Position numbers and translations under genes: made by a program. Source: Chlamydiia bacterium (GTDB lineage: Bacteria; Chlamydiota; Chlamydiia; Chlamydiales; JBMOFD01). From it: 33,202 nt of DNA. The stretch lies in assembly GCA_049314435.1 (NCBI GenBank), contig JBMOFD010000012.1, forward strand, positions 1 through 33,202. The letters run 5' to 3'. The notes under the pieces were generated by a model that saw nothing but the letters and a program-made list of their open reading frames with translations, searched no databases and was not told where the DNA came from. This document shows positions 25,886 to 33,202 of this stretch, piece by piece; the first letter of the stretch is position 1; every line of letters begins with the position of its first letter.

Positions 25886-26609
25886 CGATCCGCCTCGCAT
25901 GAAAAAGGTCTACGAATTCTCTCAAAATCTGCACGCAATAGTCAGCTGCGGACTGCTGAAGAAACCTCACGAAGTCCCCTGAGGCATCCTGCCCTACCTG
26001 GTCCGACACCGCTCGGACAGCCACAAACGGCACCTCATGCTCATAGCATACTTGAGCCACCGAGGCTCCCTCACTATCAAAAATGAGTGCGCCAGGGAAC
26101 TGACTGATCAAAATATGCACCTCCTGCTCGGTTCTAAGAAAGCGATCTCCCGTGGCCGCCAATCCAGAAAATACCGAGGCCTCCGCCTGGGCAGACCCGA
26201 TGACCCTACCAACAGCAGTCTGAATCAGTTCCACCATCACTTCATCTGATGGGATTTCTCGAATGCCCACCATCGGGATCTCTCCGCGTTGGTAGAAGGG
26301 ACTCCAGTCAGACTCCTGATGCACGTGGTGCGTGGCGACTACGATGTCGCCACGTCTAAGAGAAGGATGCACGGCTCCGGCGACGCCCGCCAACAGAATG
26401 CAGTCACAGTAAAAATGATAGACCAACGCAGCAGCTGTGCTGGCTGCCGCGGTCTTCCCCCAGCGCGACTGCACCACCACCACATCCTCCCCTCCCCAAC
26501 GACCCCTGGTGAATTCCCTCATGCCTAGCTGTCGGACTTCGTAGACTTGATCCAGGCTCTCGCGGATGAGGCGCAGCTCCGCATCCATCGCAGTCATGAT
26601 CCCGATCAT
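25869..26609 (-). CDS. mtnN: 5'-methylthioadenosine/S-adenosylhomocysteine nucleosidase
   Basis: 'IGIMTAMDAE', 'GKTAAA', 'GVAGA', 'TGDRF', 'EGASVAQVC', 'RAVSD'. AAGGGAGG RBS before ATG 26609. Confidence 0.85.
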   Translation of the reverse strand: MIGIMTAMDAELRLIRESLDQVYEVRQLGMREFTRGRWGGEDVVVVQSRWGKTAAASTAAALVYHFYCDCILLAGVAGAVHPSLRRGDIVVATHHVHQESDWSPFYQRGEIPMVGIREIPSDEVMVELIQTAVGRVIGSAQAEASVFSGLAATGDRFLRTEQEVHILISQFPGALIFDSEGASVAQVCYEHEVPFVAVRAVSDQVGQDASGDFVRFLQQSAADYCVQILREFVDLFHARRIDASSL

Positions 26610-26870
26610 GGAGCCTCCCTTTAAAACGATGCCAGCGTAGTGGATCCAGGAAGCTCCTTCAAGCTCCCTCTTCCAGGCCACTTCGGACCAACCAGCACCC
26701 AAATATCGCGATCCAGAAAAAATACCAGCCGTCTATTGGGATCGAGGACGGCTCATTCCAGGCCCATATATTGGTTTCCGCCTGGGACTCCCTTATTTCA
26801 GGGTCGAACTCGGCTGGTCCTTCTAGTCAACCTGCTAGAGCACGGCTTGAGATGACCATGCACAAACGGT

Positions 26871-27779
26871 ATGGTGGTACCCATGCGTCTCTCCTCCTAT
26901 CGGTCCATTCTTCTCACAGCGCTCTTCACCTACTGCGGAGTGGCCGTCATCACGCTGGGTTTGCTTCACTTCCTCCCCGGGAATCCCTTCTCCGAGCTAG
27001 AGCGGCTTGCTGACTTTTCCGCTTCCTTCAACGACCGGCTACATCCCCACTCGATCGGAGCCTGGTGCCAACAGCTCTTGCGAGCCCTCTGCTTTGATTT
27101 TGGTCCCTCCTGGCGCTATCCAACTCACTCAGCGATCCAACTGCTCCTCAACTCCTGGGGGTACAGCCTGACCGTCGGTCTTGGAGCTCTGATGCTGGGA
27201 TGGTTCCTCGGTGGAGTGTTAGCCCTTCGGTCCGCCCTTAGGACGACCCTCTCCAATGCGGAGCGCCTGGGCTGTACGATAGCTCTGAGCATGCCTGGAT
27301 TCCTCCTAGCAGGACTGGCCCTTCTGCTTGGCCTTACCTCACCACGCGGAATGCTTCCCCTGCAGATGCTCATAGCGATCGCCTGTCTTGCTCCTCTGCC
27401 TGCAGCCCACCTCTTCTTGCAGCTACGTCCCCTCCTGCTACGAGAATGGGCTCAGCCCTACTGCCGAGCCGCTCTTCTACGTGGCGTCTCGGCTCACCAG
27501 ATTCTGGTGCGACATGCCCTACGACCAGCAGCCGCTCAGCTTGCAACGGGATTTGTGCCGCTGGCGGCCAGTCTCTTGACGGGGACTGCAGCTGTGGAGC
27601 AGCTTCTGTCGATCCCTGGCATGGGTCACTGGTTTGTGGAGAGTGTCCTACACAGAGACGCTCCCATGGTCCAGGCGGTGACGATGTTCTTTACGGTGAT
27701 CCTCTTGGCGGTCTCCCTGCTCGGGCAGTGGGCCTCCCACCGCCTGGACCCACGAGGTTCCTTGGAGGTCTCCCCATGA
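26871..27779 (+). CDS. oppB: peptide ABC transporter permease (OppB/DppB-like)
   Basis: 'LPGNP', 'DFGPSW', EAA-like loop 'YCRAALLRGVS', 'VEQLLSIPGMG', 'RDAPMVQ', 'LDPR'. Start may be 26883. Confidence 0.85.
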   Translation: MVVPMRLSSYRSILLTALFTYCGVAVITLGLLHFLPGNPFSELERLADFSASFNDRLHPHSIGAWCQQLLRALCFDFGPSWRYPTHSAIQLLLNSWGYSLTVGLGALMLGWFLGGVLALRSALRTTLSNAERLGCTIALSMPGFLLAGLALLLGLTSPRGMLPLQMLIAIACLAPLPAAHLFLQLRPLLLREWAQPYCRAALLRGVSAHQILVRHALRPAAAQLATGFVPLAASLLTGTAAVEQLLSIPGMGHWFVESVLHRDAPMVQAVTMFFTVILLAVSLLGQWASHRLDPRGSLEVSP

Positions 27780-28558
27780 AACGCCTCCCTTGGCTCCTGA
27801 TGGGGTTTCTTCTGCTCGTGATGGGCTATGGCTGCTTCGTCGAGACGCCCCTCAACGCAGCTCTTCTCTACCATCCCCCCAGCCTAGGCCACTGGCTAGG
27901 ATGTGATGTACTGGGCAGAGATAACCTCTTACGTCTGTGTCAGGCATGCTCCTCCTCTCTTCTGGTCGGATGTGGGGCTGCCATTCTGGATGTGCTCTTT
28001 GGCTCTCTAGCGGCCCTGCTCAGTCTGTGTGGGCGCCGTGCCGACGCATGCCTGTGCGCTCTGCTTAATCTGGGCTTTGGTCTTCCCTATCTTGTTCTTG
28101 CGGCCCTCATGAGCACCTGGGGAGAGGCCGGCCTAATGGGAACGATCTGTGCACTCGCTGTGGTGGGCTGGATCCCCACGGCACGTCTGCTTCGAGGTCA
28201 GCTCCTCAATCTGCAAGAGCGAGAATTTGTGATCAGCCTACGATTGCTCGGACTGCGATCCAGCCAGATCCTCGTGCGGCACCTCCTGCCTATCCTATGG
28301 CCCACCCTATTGGCTCAAGCGATGATCACCCTACCTCAGGCCATCCTGGGCGAGTCGACTCTTAGCTTCTTAGGTCTGGGGGTCGCTCCACCCCACATCA
28401 CGCTAGGCGTGCTCTGCCGAGAGGGCCTCACGCTAGCCTCCTCCGCTCCCTGGTTGGCTTGGCCACCGCTCACTGCCCTTAGCCTGCTGGTCGGCGTTCT
28501 GTTGACCGCCAGTGAACTCTTCCGTGCGAGGATCCTTCGTGACCGATCCTACCCTTGA
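27776..28558 (+). CDS. oppC: peptide ABC transporter permease (OppC/DppC-like)
   Basis: 'HWLGCDVLGRD', 'REFV', 'RHLLP', 'ESTLSFLGLG'. ATGA overlap with oppB and GGAGG RBS. Confidence 0.88.
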   Translation: MKRLPWLLMGFLLLVMGYGCFVETPLNAALLYHPPSLGHWLGCDVLGRDNLLRLCQACSSSLLVGCGAAILDVLFGSLAALLSLCGRRADACLCALLNLGFGLPYLVLAALMSTWGEAGLMGTICALAVVGWIPTARLLRGQLLNLQEREFVISLRLLGLRSSQILVRHLLPILWPTLLAQAMITLPQAILGESTLSFLGLGVAPPHITLGVLCREGLTLASSAPWLAWPPLTALSLLVGVLLTASELFRARILRDRSYP

Positions 28559-29900
28559 ATTACGCCAGTTCAGCTGGTCCACTCCCACTCGCTCCTATGG
28601 GCCCTGGTCCATCGAGCTCCGTCCCGGACATCCTGTAGTCCTCACGGGATCCAGTGGATCAGGGAAAACCCTCCTCGTGCAGGCCCTTCTCGGAGAGGAG
28701 GTCTTCGGTCTACGCTCTCACGGAGAACGGTTCGTGCATGGACAAGCTCAGAGCCAGAAAGATCGCACCCTTTGGTGGCGCGATGAGGTGGGCGTCGTCC
28801 TACAAGAGGCTCAAGGCGCTCTCAGTCCTACGCGTCGCATGGGGACCCTCCTCACCGAGCGGTTCGTCCAACAGGGCTTGAGCGCCTCAGAGGGGCTTGC
28901 TCGCTGCCGGCCTTGGCTGGAGGCCCTCGAGCTCGCCTCGATCCCCTCGCTACTCGATCGATATCCCCTCCAGCTCAGCGGCGGACAATGTCAGCGCCTT
29001 GGTTTTGTGATGGCTGTGGCCCATGGTCCACGAGTGCTCATCTGCGATGAACCCACTTCAGCTCTTGATCCCATCATGGGCCACCGGGTAGCAGATCTTT
29101 TGAGAGAGCTCTCCTCTCATACGGCTCTCCTTTGTGTTACACATGATGCGGAGGTCGCCGAACGATTCAGTGGCCTTCCTCGTGGCTCACCTCTGTTTTA
29201 CACGATGGGCGATGGAGTCCTCTCCCCCACGGCTTTAGACAACGAAGTCGCCCAACGGGAAGAGCAAGCGCCCCAAACAGGCTCTCTGCTCTGTGTCCTG
29301 GAAAGGGTCCAAGCGCGCGTCCAAGGGAGAGCCCTCTTCGAGCCGATCCGTGCCGAAATCCACCGTGGGGAAGTGCTCGGCATTGCAGGACCAAGTGGCA
29401 TCGGAAAATCCACCTTGGCCAGGGCCCTCGCAGGCCTCCATGCCGATCTAGCTGGCGATGTCACCTTCACAGCCGGCCCCCCTCAAGTCGGCGATCGTCG
29501 AGTTCAGATCGTCTTCCAAAACCCCTACAACTGCCTGAATCCCCAGCTCCCCGTCGGTGTTCAACTGCGGGAAGTTGGCGGCGATGAACCCTCTCTCCAG
29601 GCCATCCTAGATCGCCTAAGTCTCTCACCCCAGTTACTCGCACGCTACCCCACACAGGTCTCAGGAGGACAGCTGCAACGCCTTTGCATCACGAGAGCTC
29701 TGCTCGCTCAACCCGAGCTCTTGATCCTCGATGAACCGACCTCGGCTCTTGATGAACAGAGTCGTCACCTTCTTGCCCACCTCCTCAGGGAGCAACTGCG
29801 CACCGACACGATGGGCATCATCGTCATCAGCCACGATCTACCCTGGTTACGGTCCGTCTGTTCTCGGGTGGTCGACCTGCAACCCACGCACGTTCAGTAA
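28539..29900 (+). CDS. fused two-domain ABC ATPase (OppD/OppF-like)
   Basis: Two Walker A (GSSGSGKT, GPSGIGKS), two signatures (LSGGQ, VSGGQ), two 'DEPTSALD', two H-loops. Confidence 0.92.
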   Translation: MTDPTLELRQFSWSTPTRSYGPWSIELRPGHPVVLTGSSGSGKTLLVQALLGEEVFGLRSHGERFVHGQAQSQKDRTLWWRDEVGVVLQEAQGALSPTRRMGTLLTERFVQQGLSASEGLARCRPWLEALELASIPSLLDRYPLQLSGGQCQRLGFVMAVAHGPRVLICDEPTSALDPIMGHRVADLLRELSSHTALLCVTHDAEVAERFSGLPRGSPLFYTMGDGVLSPTALDNEVAQREEQAPQTGSLLCVLERVQARVQGRALFEPIRAEIHRGEVLGIAGPSGIGKSTLARALAGLHADLAGDVTFTAGPPQVGDRRVQIVFQNPYNCLNPQLPVGVQLREVGGDEPSLQAILDRLSLSPQLLARYPTQVSGGQLQRLCITRALLAQPELLILDEPTSALDEQSRHLLAHLLREQLRTDTMGIIVISHDLPWLRSVCSRVVDLQPTHVQ

Positions 29901-29967
29901 GTAAACAATATTTTTGAAATATAGCACGGCGATCTGGAGGATGAGGGAAGAAAAGGGGTCTGGTCGT

Positions 29968-30312
29968 ATGCGTCATTTCCTGGTCGTCGAGGATGAACCA
30001 CAACTGAACCAGGCGATCTGCGCCTTAGTCCGTCGACTTGACTGGGATCCCATCTCCTGCCTATCAGGCGAAGAGGCTCTCACCGCCTTAAAGCGGGGGA
30101 GCACACCGATCCAAGGAGCTCTCATCGATCTGCGGCTACCAAATTGCTCTGGGATCGAAGTCGCTCGTCGACTACGCACTCTCCATCCCAATCTGCCTAT
30201 TCTGGTGACTAGCGGAGCACCAACTGATAGTCAGGGGACGCTCCCCTTTCTCCCCAAGCCCTTTGGCTTACAAGAGCTACGAACGGCTCTCTTAGGAATC
30301 GGCCTTTCCTAG
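29968..30312 (+). CDS. single-domain response regulator receiver (CheY-like)
   Basis: 'LVVEDE', phospho-acceptor 'LIDLRLP', 'VTSG', 'LPKPF'. No output domain. Confidence 0.88.
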   Translation: MRHFLVVEDEPQLNQAICALVRRLDWDPISCLSGEEALTALKRGSTPIQGALIDLRLPNCSGIEVARRLRTLHPNLPILVTSGAPTDSQGTLPFLPKPFGLQELRTALLGIGLS

Positions 30313-30443
30313 CACGAACCCACGTCCAAAACTAGTCAGAGCCCAGCCATTCTGCTACGGTGGTGAGCTGATGTATTCCTGCTCGAAGGATCGCTTGATT
30401 CTCTTTGGGCGCTCACTAACAAGATGTAGCACGGCTCCGAGTG

Positions 30444-32003
30444 ATGCAGCCACCCACCTCTCTACCTAATCCCCTACAGGAACCGCAGAACGGTCGGCGC
30501 GAGCCAGATCCCTGTATCATGGTGATCTTTGGCGCGAGCGGAGATCTTACAGGACGCAAGCTGCTCCCTGCCCTCTACAATCTCCAGAGGGAAAGCCTGC
30601 TACCCATGCACTTTGCCTGCGTGGGGATGGCTCGCCGCCCCAAGACCACCGATCAGTTTCGTGAGGAGATCAAAGGGGATCTAGGACGCTTTTCCAGAAC
30701 CCAGCCGGTTGACAATACAGTCTGGGACGCTTTCTCTCAGCAGATCTCCTACTTTCAGGGGAACTTTGATGATGACGACTCCTACGTCAAACTGAAGAGC
30801 TACCTAGAGCAGATCGATCAGCAACAGAACACGAAGGGCAATCGCCTCTTCTACCTCTCTGTTCCGGCCAGTCACTTCACGATGATCATTGCCAAGCTCT
30901 CCCAGCACGGGCTGATCACACCGCCCCATCGATACGCATCGGACACGGGCCCTTGGACTCGACTCATCATTGAGAAGCCCTTTGGGCGAGATGAGGCCTC
31001 GGCGGTTCTCTTACAAGAAGAGATCAGTCAGTACCTCTCCGAAGAGCAGGTCTATCGCATCGACCACTACCTAGGGAAAGAGACCGTTCAGAACATCATG
31101 GTCTTTCGGTTTGCCAACAGCCTCTTTGAAGCCGTCTGGAACTACAAGCATATCGACCATGTCGAGATCACCGTAGCGGAAGAGCAGGGCATTGGCACAC
31201 GAGGAGCCTTCTGGGAAGAGACGGGCTTCCTGCGTGACATCGTGCAGAACCACGCAATGCAGCTCCTGACTCTCATGGCCATGGAGTGCCCAGCCAACTT
31301 CTCAGCTAACGCGATCCGAGATGAGAAGGTCAAAGTCCTCGAGTGCATTCGTCCCATCGATATGAACCACTTCAATGATTACGTGGTCCGTGGTCAATAT
31401 GGCCCCGGATTCATCAACGGAAACCCAGTTAGGGGCTATCGTGAAGAGGACAAGGTCGATCCACAAAGTGGCATGGAGACCTATTGTGCTGTGCAGTTTT
31501 TTGTCGACAACTGGCGCTGGGCCGGAGTGCCCTTCTTTGTGCGCGGAGGGAAGAGACTCCCCAAACGGGCAACTGAGATCTCCATCGTCTTCAAGGATGC
31601 CCCGGGATTCCTCTTCCGCTCCAGTGCGGGATCCATGGCCGCGAACGTCCTCTCGATACGGATCCAGCCTGACGAAGGGATCGCCTTCACGATGAATTGC
31701 AAGGTTCCGGGCATGACCACGACGATTCAGCCAGTCAAAATGGACTTCCGATACGGCACCTTCTTTGGGGGAACACCTCCTGAGGCCTACGAGCGCCTGC
31801 TGCTCGACTGCATGATCGGCGATCCTACCCTGTTTGCCCGTGGCGACGAGGCCCTCACCTCCTGGAAACTCCTCACGCCGATTCTAGAGCGCTGGGCCGA
31901 GGTCCCTGCGCAAGACTTCCCGAACTATGCTGCAGGAACCTGGGGCCCAGAGGCCGCTGATCGCATGATCCAGCGCACCGGACGTCATTGGAGGCTGGTA
32001 TGA
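30444..32003 (+). CDS. zwf: glucose-6-phosphate 1-dehydrogenase
   Basis: 'IFGASGDL', 'EKPFG', 'RIDHYLGKE', 'RDIVQNH', 'EAYERLL'. Confidence 0.98.
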   Translation: MQPPTSLPNPLQEPQNGRREPDPCIMVIFGASGDLTGRKLLPALYNLQRESLLPMHFACVGMARRPKTTDQFREEIKGDLGRFSRTQPVDNTVWDAFSQQISYFQGNFDDDDSYVKLKSYLEQIDQQQNTKGNRLFYLSVPASHFTMIIAKLSQHGLITPPHRYASDTGPWTRLIIEKPFGRDEASAVLLQEEISQYLSEEQVYRIDHYLGKETVQNIMVFRFANSLFEAVWNYKHIDHVEITVAEEQGIGTRGAFWEETGFLRDIVQNHAMQLLTLMAMECPANFSANAIRDEKVKVLECIRPIDMNHFNDYVVRGQYGPGFINGNPVRGYREEDKVDPQSGMETYCAVQFFVDNWRWAGVPFFVRGGKRLPKRATEISIVFKDAPGFLFRSSAGSMAANVLSIRIQPDEGIAFTMNCKVPGMTTTIQPVKMDFRYGTFFGGTPPEAYERLLLDCMIGDPTLFARGDEALTSWKLLTPILERWAEVPAQDFPNYAAGTWGPEAADRMIQRTGRHWRLV

Positions 32004-33064
32004 GCCTGGAATTTGATATCGAGGGGGAGCTCACCAAGCTCTGGTCCTCCATGGCGGAGCAGCACAAGATGCGCGCCTGTCTCTTCACGCTCGTCATGTG
32101 GTGCGGCCATCGACAGGAGTACTTCCAGGAAGTCGCTCAGAACATCCTGAATTCCTTCCCCTGTCGACTCCTCTTTGTGACGCAAGATCAGAATGATCCG
32201 CAAGCCCTCCAGCTCAAGGTCTCCATGGTCTCAGCAAACCCAGATGGTTCAGGGCCCGTCTGCGACCGCATCGACCTGCATGTGGGCAGCGGGGCTGAAG
32301 AGCGTCTTCCATCACTGCTATTGCCTAGGCTCATCCCCGACCTGCCGGTCTATCTGGTATGGGGGGACGATCCCTGTACGGAGTCTCCACTTTTGGGTGC
32401 GCTTAGGCCTTACGCGACCAAGCTCATCTTTGACTCGGAGATGAGCTCAGGCCTACAACGCTTTGCCCAGAAGCTCCTGCAACTGCTTGGCGATGGCTCC
32501 CAGGCGATCGCTGACCTGAATTGGGTGCGCACCGAACCCTGGCGCGATCTTCTGGCTCGTACCTTCGCCGACCCTGCCCATCTGCAAGCACTCACCTCGG
32601 CCCAGAACATACGCATTCTCTATAACAGCTGCCTTGGGACCTACTGCCACCACTCCAATGCACAAGCCATCTACCTACAGGGTTGGCTAGCTAGTCAGCT
32701 CCGTTGGGGGTGCGGTGACTACGACCAGGTCGAAGAACATCAACGCGTGGCCTGCCAGACTCTCCATGGAGAGGTCATCTTCCTCGTCCTACCCGAGCCA
32801 AGAGAGGGTGTCCCTGAAGGCCAAGTCAGTGGTATTGAGATCAGCTGCCGTGAGGGCCGCCTCTTTCGTTTCCTGCGACGTGATGCACCAGGCTTCGTAG
32901 TCGATCTAGAAGTCGAGTACCCCACTCACTGCGAAATGCCCGTCTGCATCATCCGCTCTGCTTTCGAACGTGGCCACTCGCTAGCCTCAGAGGTCTTCTC
33001 CCCAGGCACGAATCCCCACTTTGTGGAGATGCTCCACTGGCTCAGCCGTGTGGCCAGCTCCTGA
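32000..33064 (+). CDS. opcA: G6PD assembly/activator protein OpcA
   Basis: ATGA overlap with zwf; 'PCR', 'LIPDLPVYLVW', 'IFDS', 'DLNWVRTEPWR', 'GWLASQLRW'. Confidence 0.9.
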   Translation: MSLEFDIEGELTKLWSSMAEQHKMRACLFTLVMWCGHRQEYFQEVAQNILNSFPCRLLFVTQDQNDPQALQLKVSMVSANPDGSGPVCDRIDLHVGSGAEERLPSLLLPRLIPDLPVYLVWGDDPCTESPLLGALRPYATKLIFDSEMSSGLQRFAQKLLQLLGDGSQAIADLNWVRTEPWRDLLARTFADPAHLQALTSAQNIRILYNSCLGTYCHHSNAQAIYLQGWLASQLRWGCGDYDQVEEHQRVACQTLHGEVIFLVLPEPREGVPEGQVSGIEISCREGRLFRFLRRDAPGFVVDLEVEYPTHCEMPVCIIRSAFERGHSLASEVFSPGTNPHFVEMLHWLSRVASS

Positions 33065-33143
33065 ACAGCTCTAGACTTCCATTACCAGGAGCGCGGAGAT
33101 TGGGCTCAAGCGGGCTCTGCCGCACGCCGTGTCATGCCCACTT

Positions 33144-33202
33144 CTAAAAGTCACATCCCAAGTTGAGCCAGAGGCTGTTTTCAGTGTAGTCGCTCGCAAA
33201 GT
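33144..33202 (-). CDS. partial 3' end of a probable outer-membrane beta-barrel or autotransporter gene
   Basis: A minus-strand frame reads ...FASDYTENSLWLNLGCDF-stop, an alternating hydrophobic last strand with terminal Phe. Only 18 codons are visible. Confidence 0.4.
   Translation of the reverse strand, partial: FASDYTENSLWLNLGCDF

Noticed and set aside
27446..27775. Long N-terminal extension of oppC
   Set aside because: Overlaps oppB; the ATGA-coupled start at 27776 has a GGAGG RBS.
1..33202. CRISPR array, rRNA, tmRNA, IS elements, riboswitch or T-box
   Set aside because: No spaced direct repeats, transposase motifs or recognisable structured RNA found by eye; a covariance-model scan would be needed to exclude small ncRNAs.

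Overview
Bacterial chromosome segment, most likely from an environmental Chlamydiota genome. This is inferred from the leuS-waaA adjacency, DhnA-type aldolase, long three-domain-type IspG architecture, zwf-opcA and tRNAs without encoded CCA; GC is fairly high (spot counts of single 60-nt lines gave 52-58%). The left end is an accessory block downstream of a tRNA-fMet/tRNA-Met pair: an AAA-ATPase/PD-(D/E)xK nuclease gene and an AT-richer HTH-Panacea (DUF4065) antitoxin plus RelE/HigB-like toxin module preceded by a 42-bp palindromic operator. Housekeeping genes follow (waaA, leuS, smpB, aroB, SAM methyltransferase, fbaB, threonine aldolase, HAAAP transporter, hemL), then a cluster of orphan secreted or effector-like genes around argR, then HAD hydrolase, mtnN, oppBC plus fused ATPase, an orphan receiver protein, zwf and opcA. 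The most notable observations are: (1) an ArgR whose arginine-binding GDD motif reads GEN, together with a canonical tandem ARG-box operator in front of a HAAAP transporter and threonine-aldolase pair, suggesting a repurposed regulon; (2) an intact-frame IspG homologue that has lost its substrate-binding motifs and the whole Fe-S domain; (3) an orphan effector-like protein ending in a CaaX prenylation motif (CIVL); (4) the Panacea toxin-antitoxin and nuclease block beside the tRNAs. All family calls come from motif recognition by eye, not from database searches.
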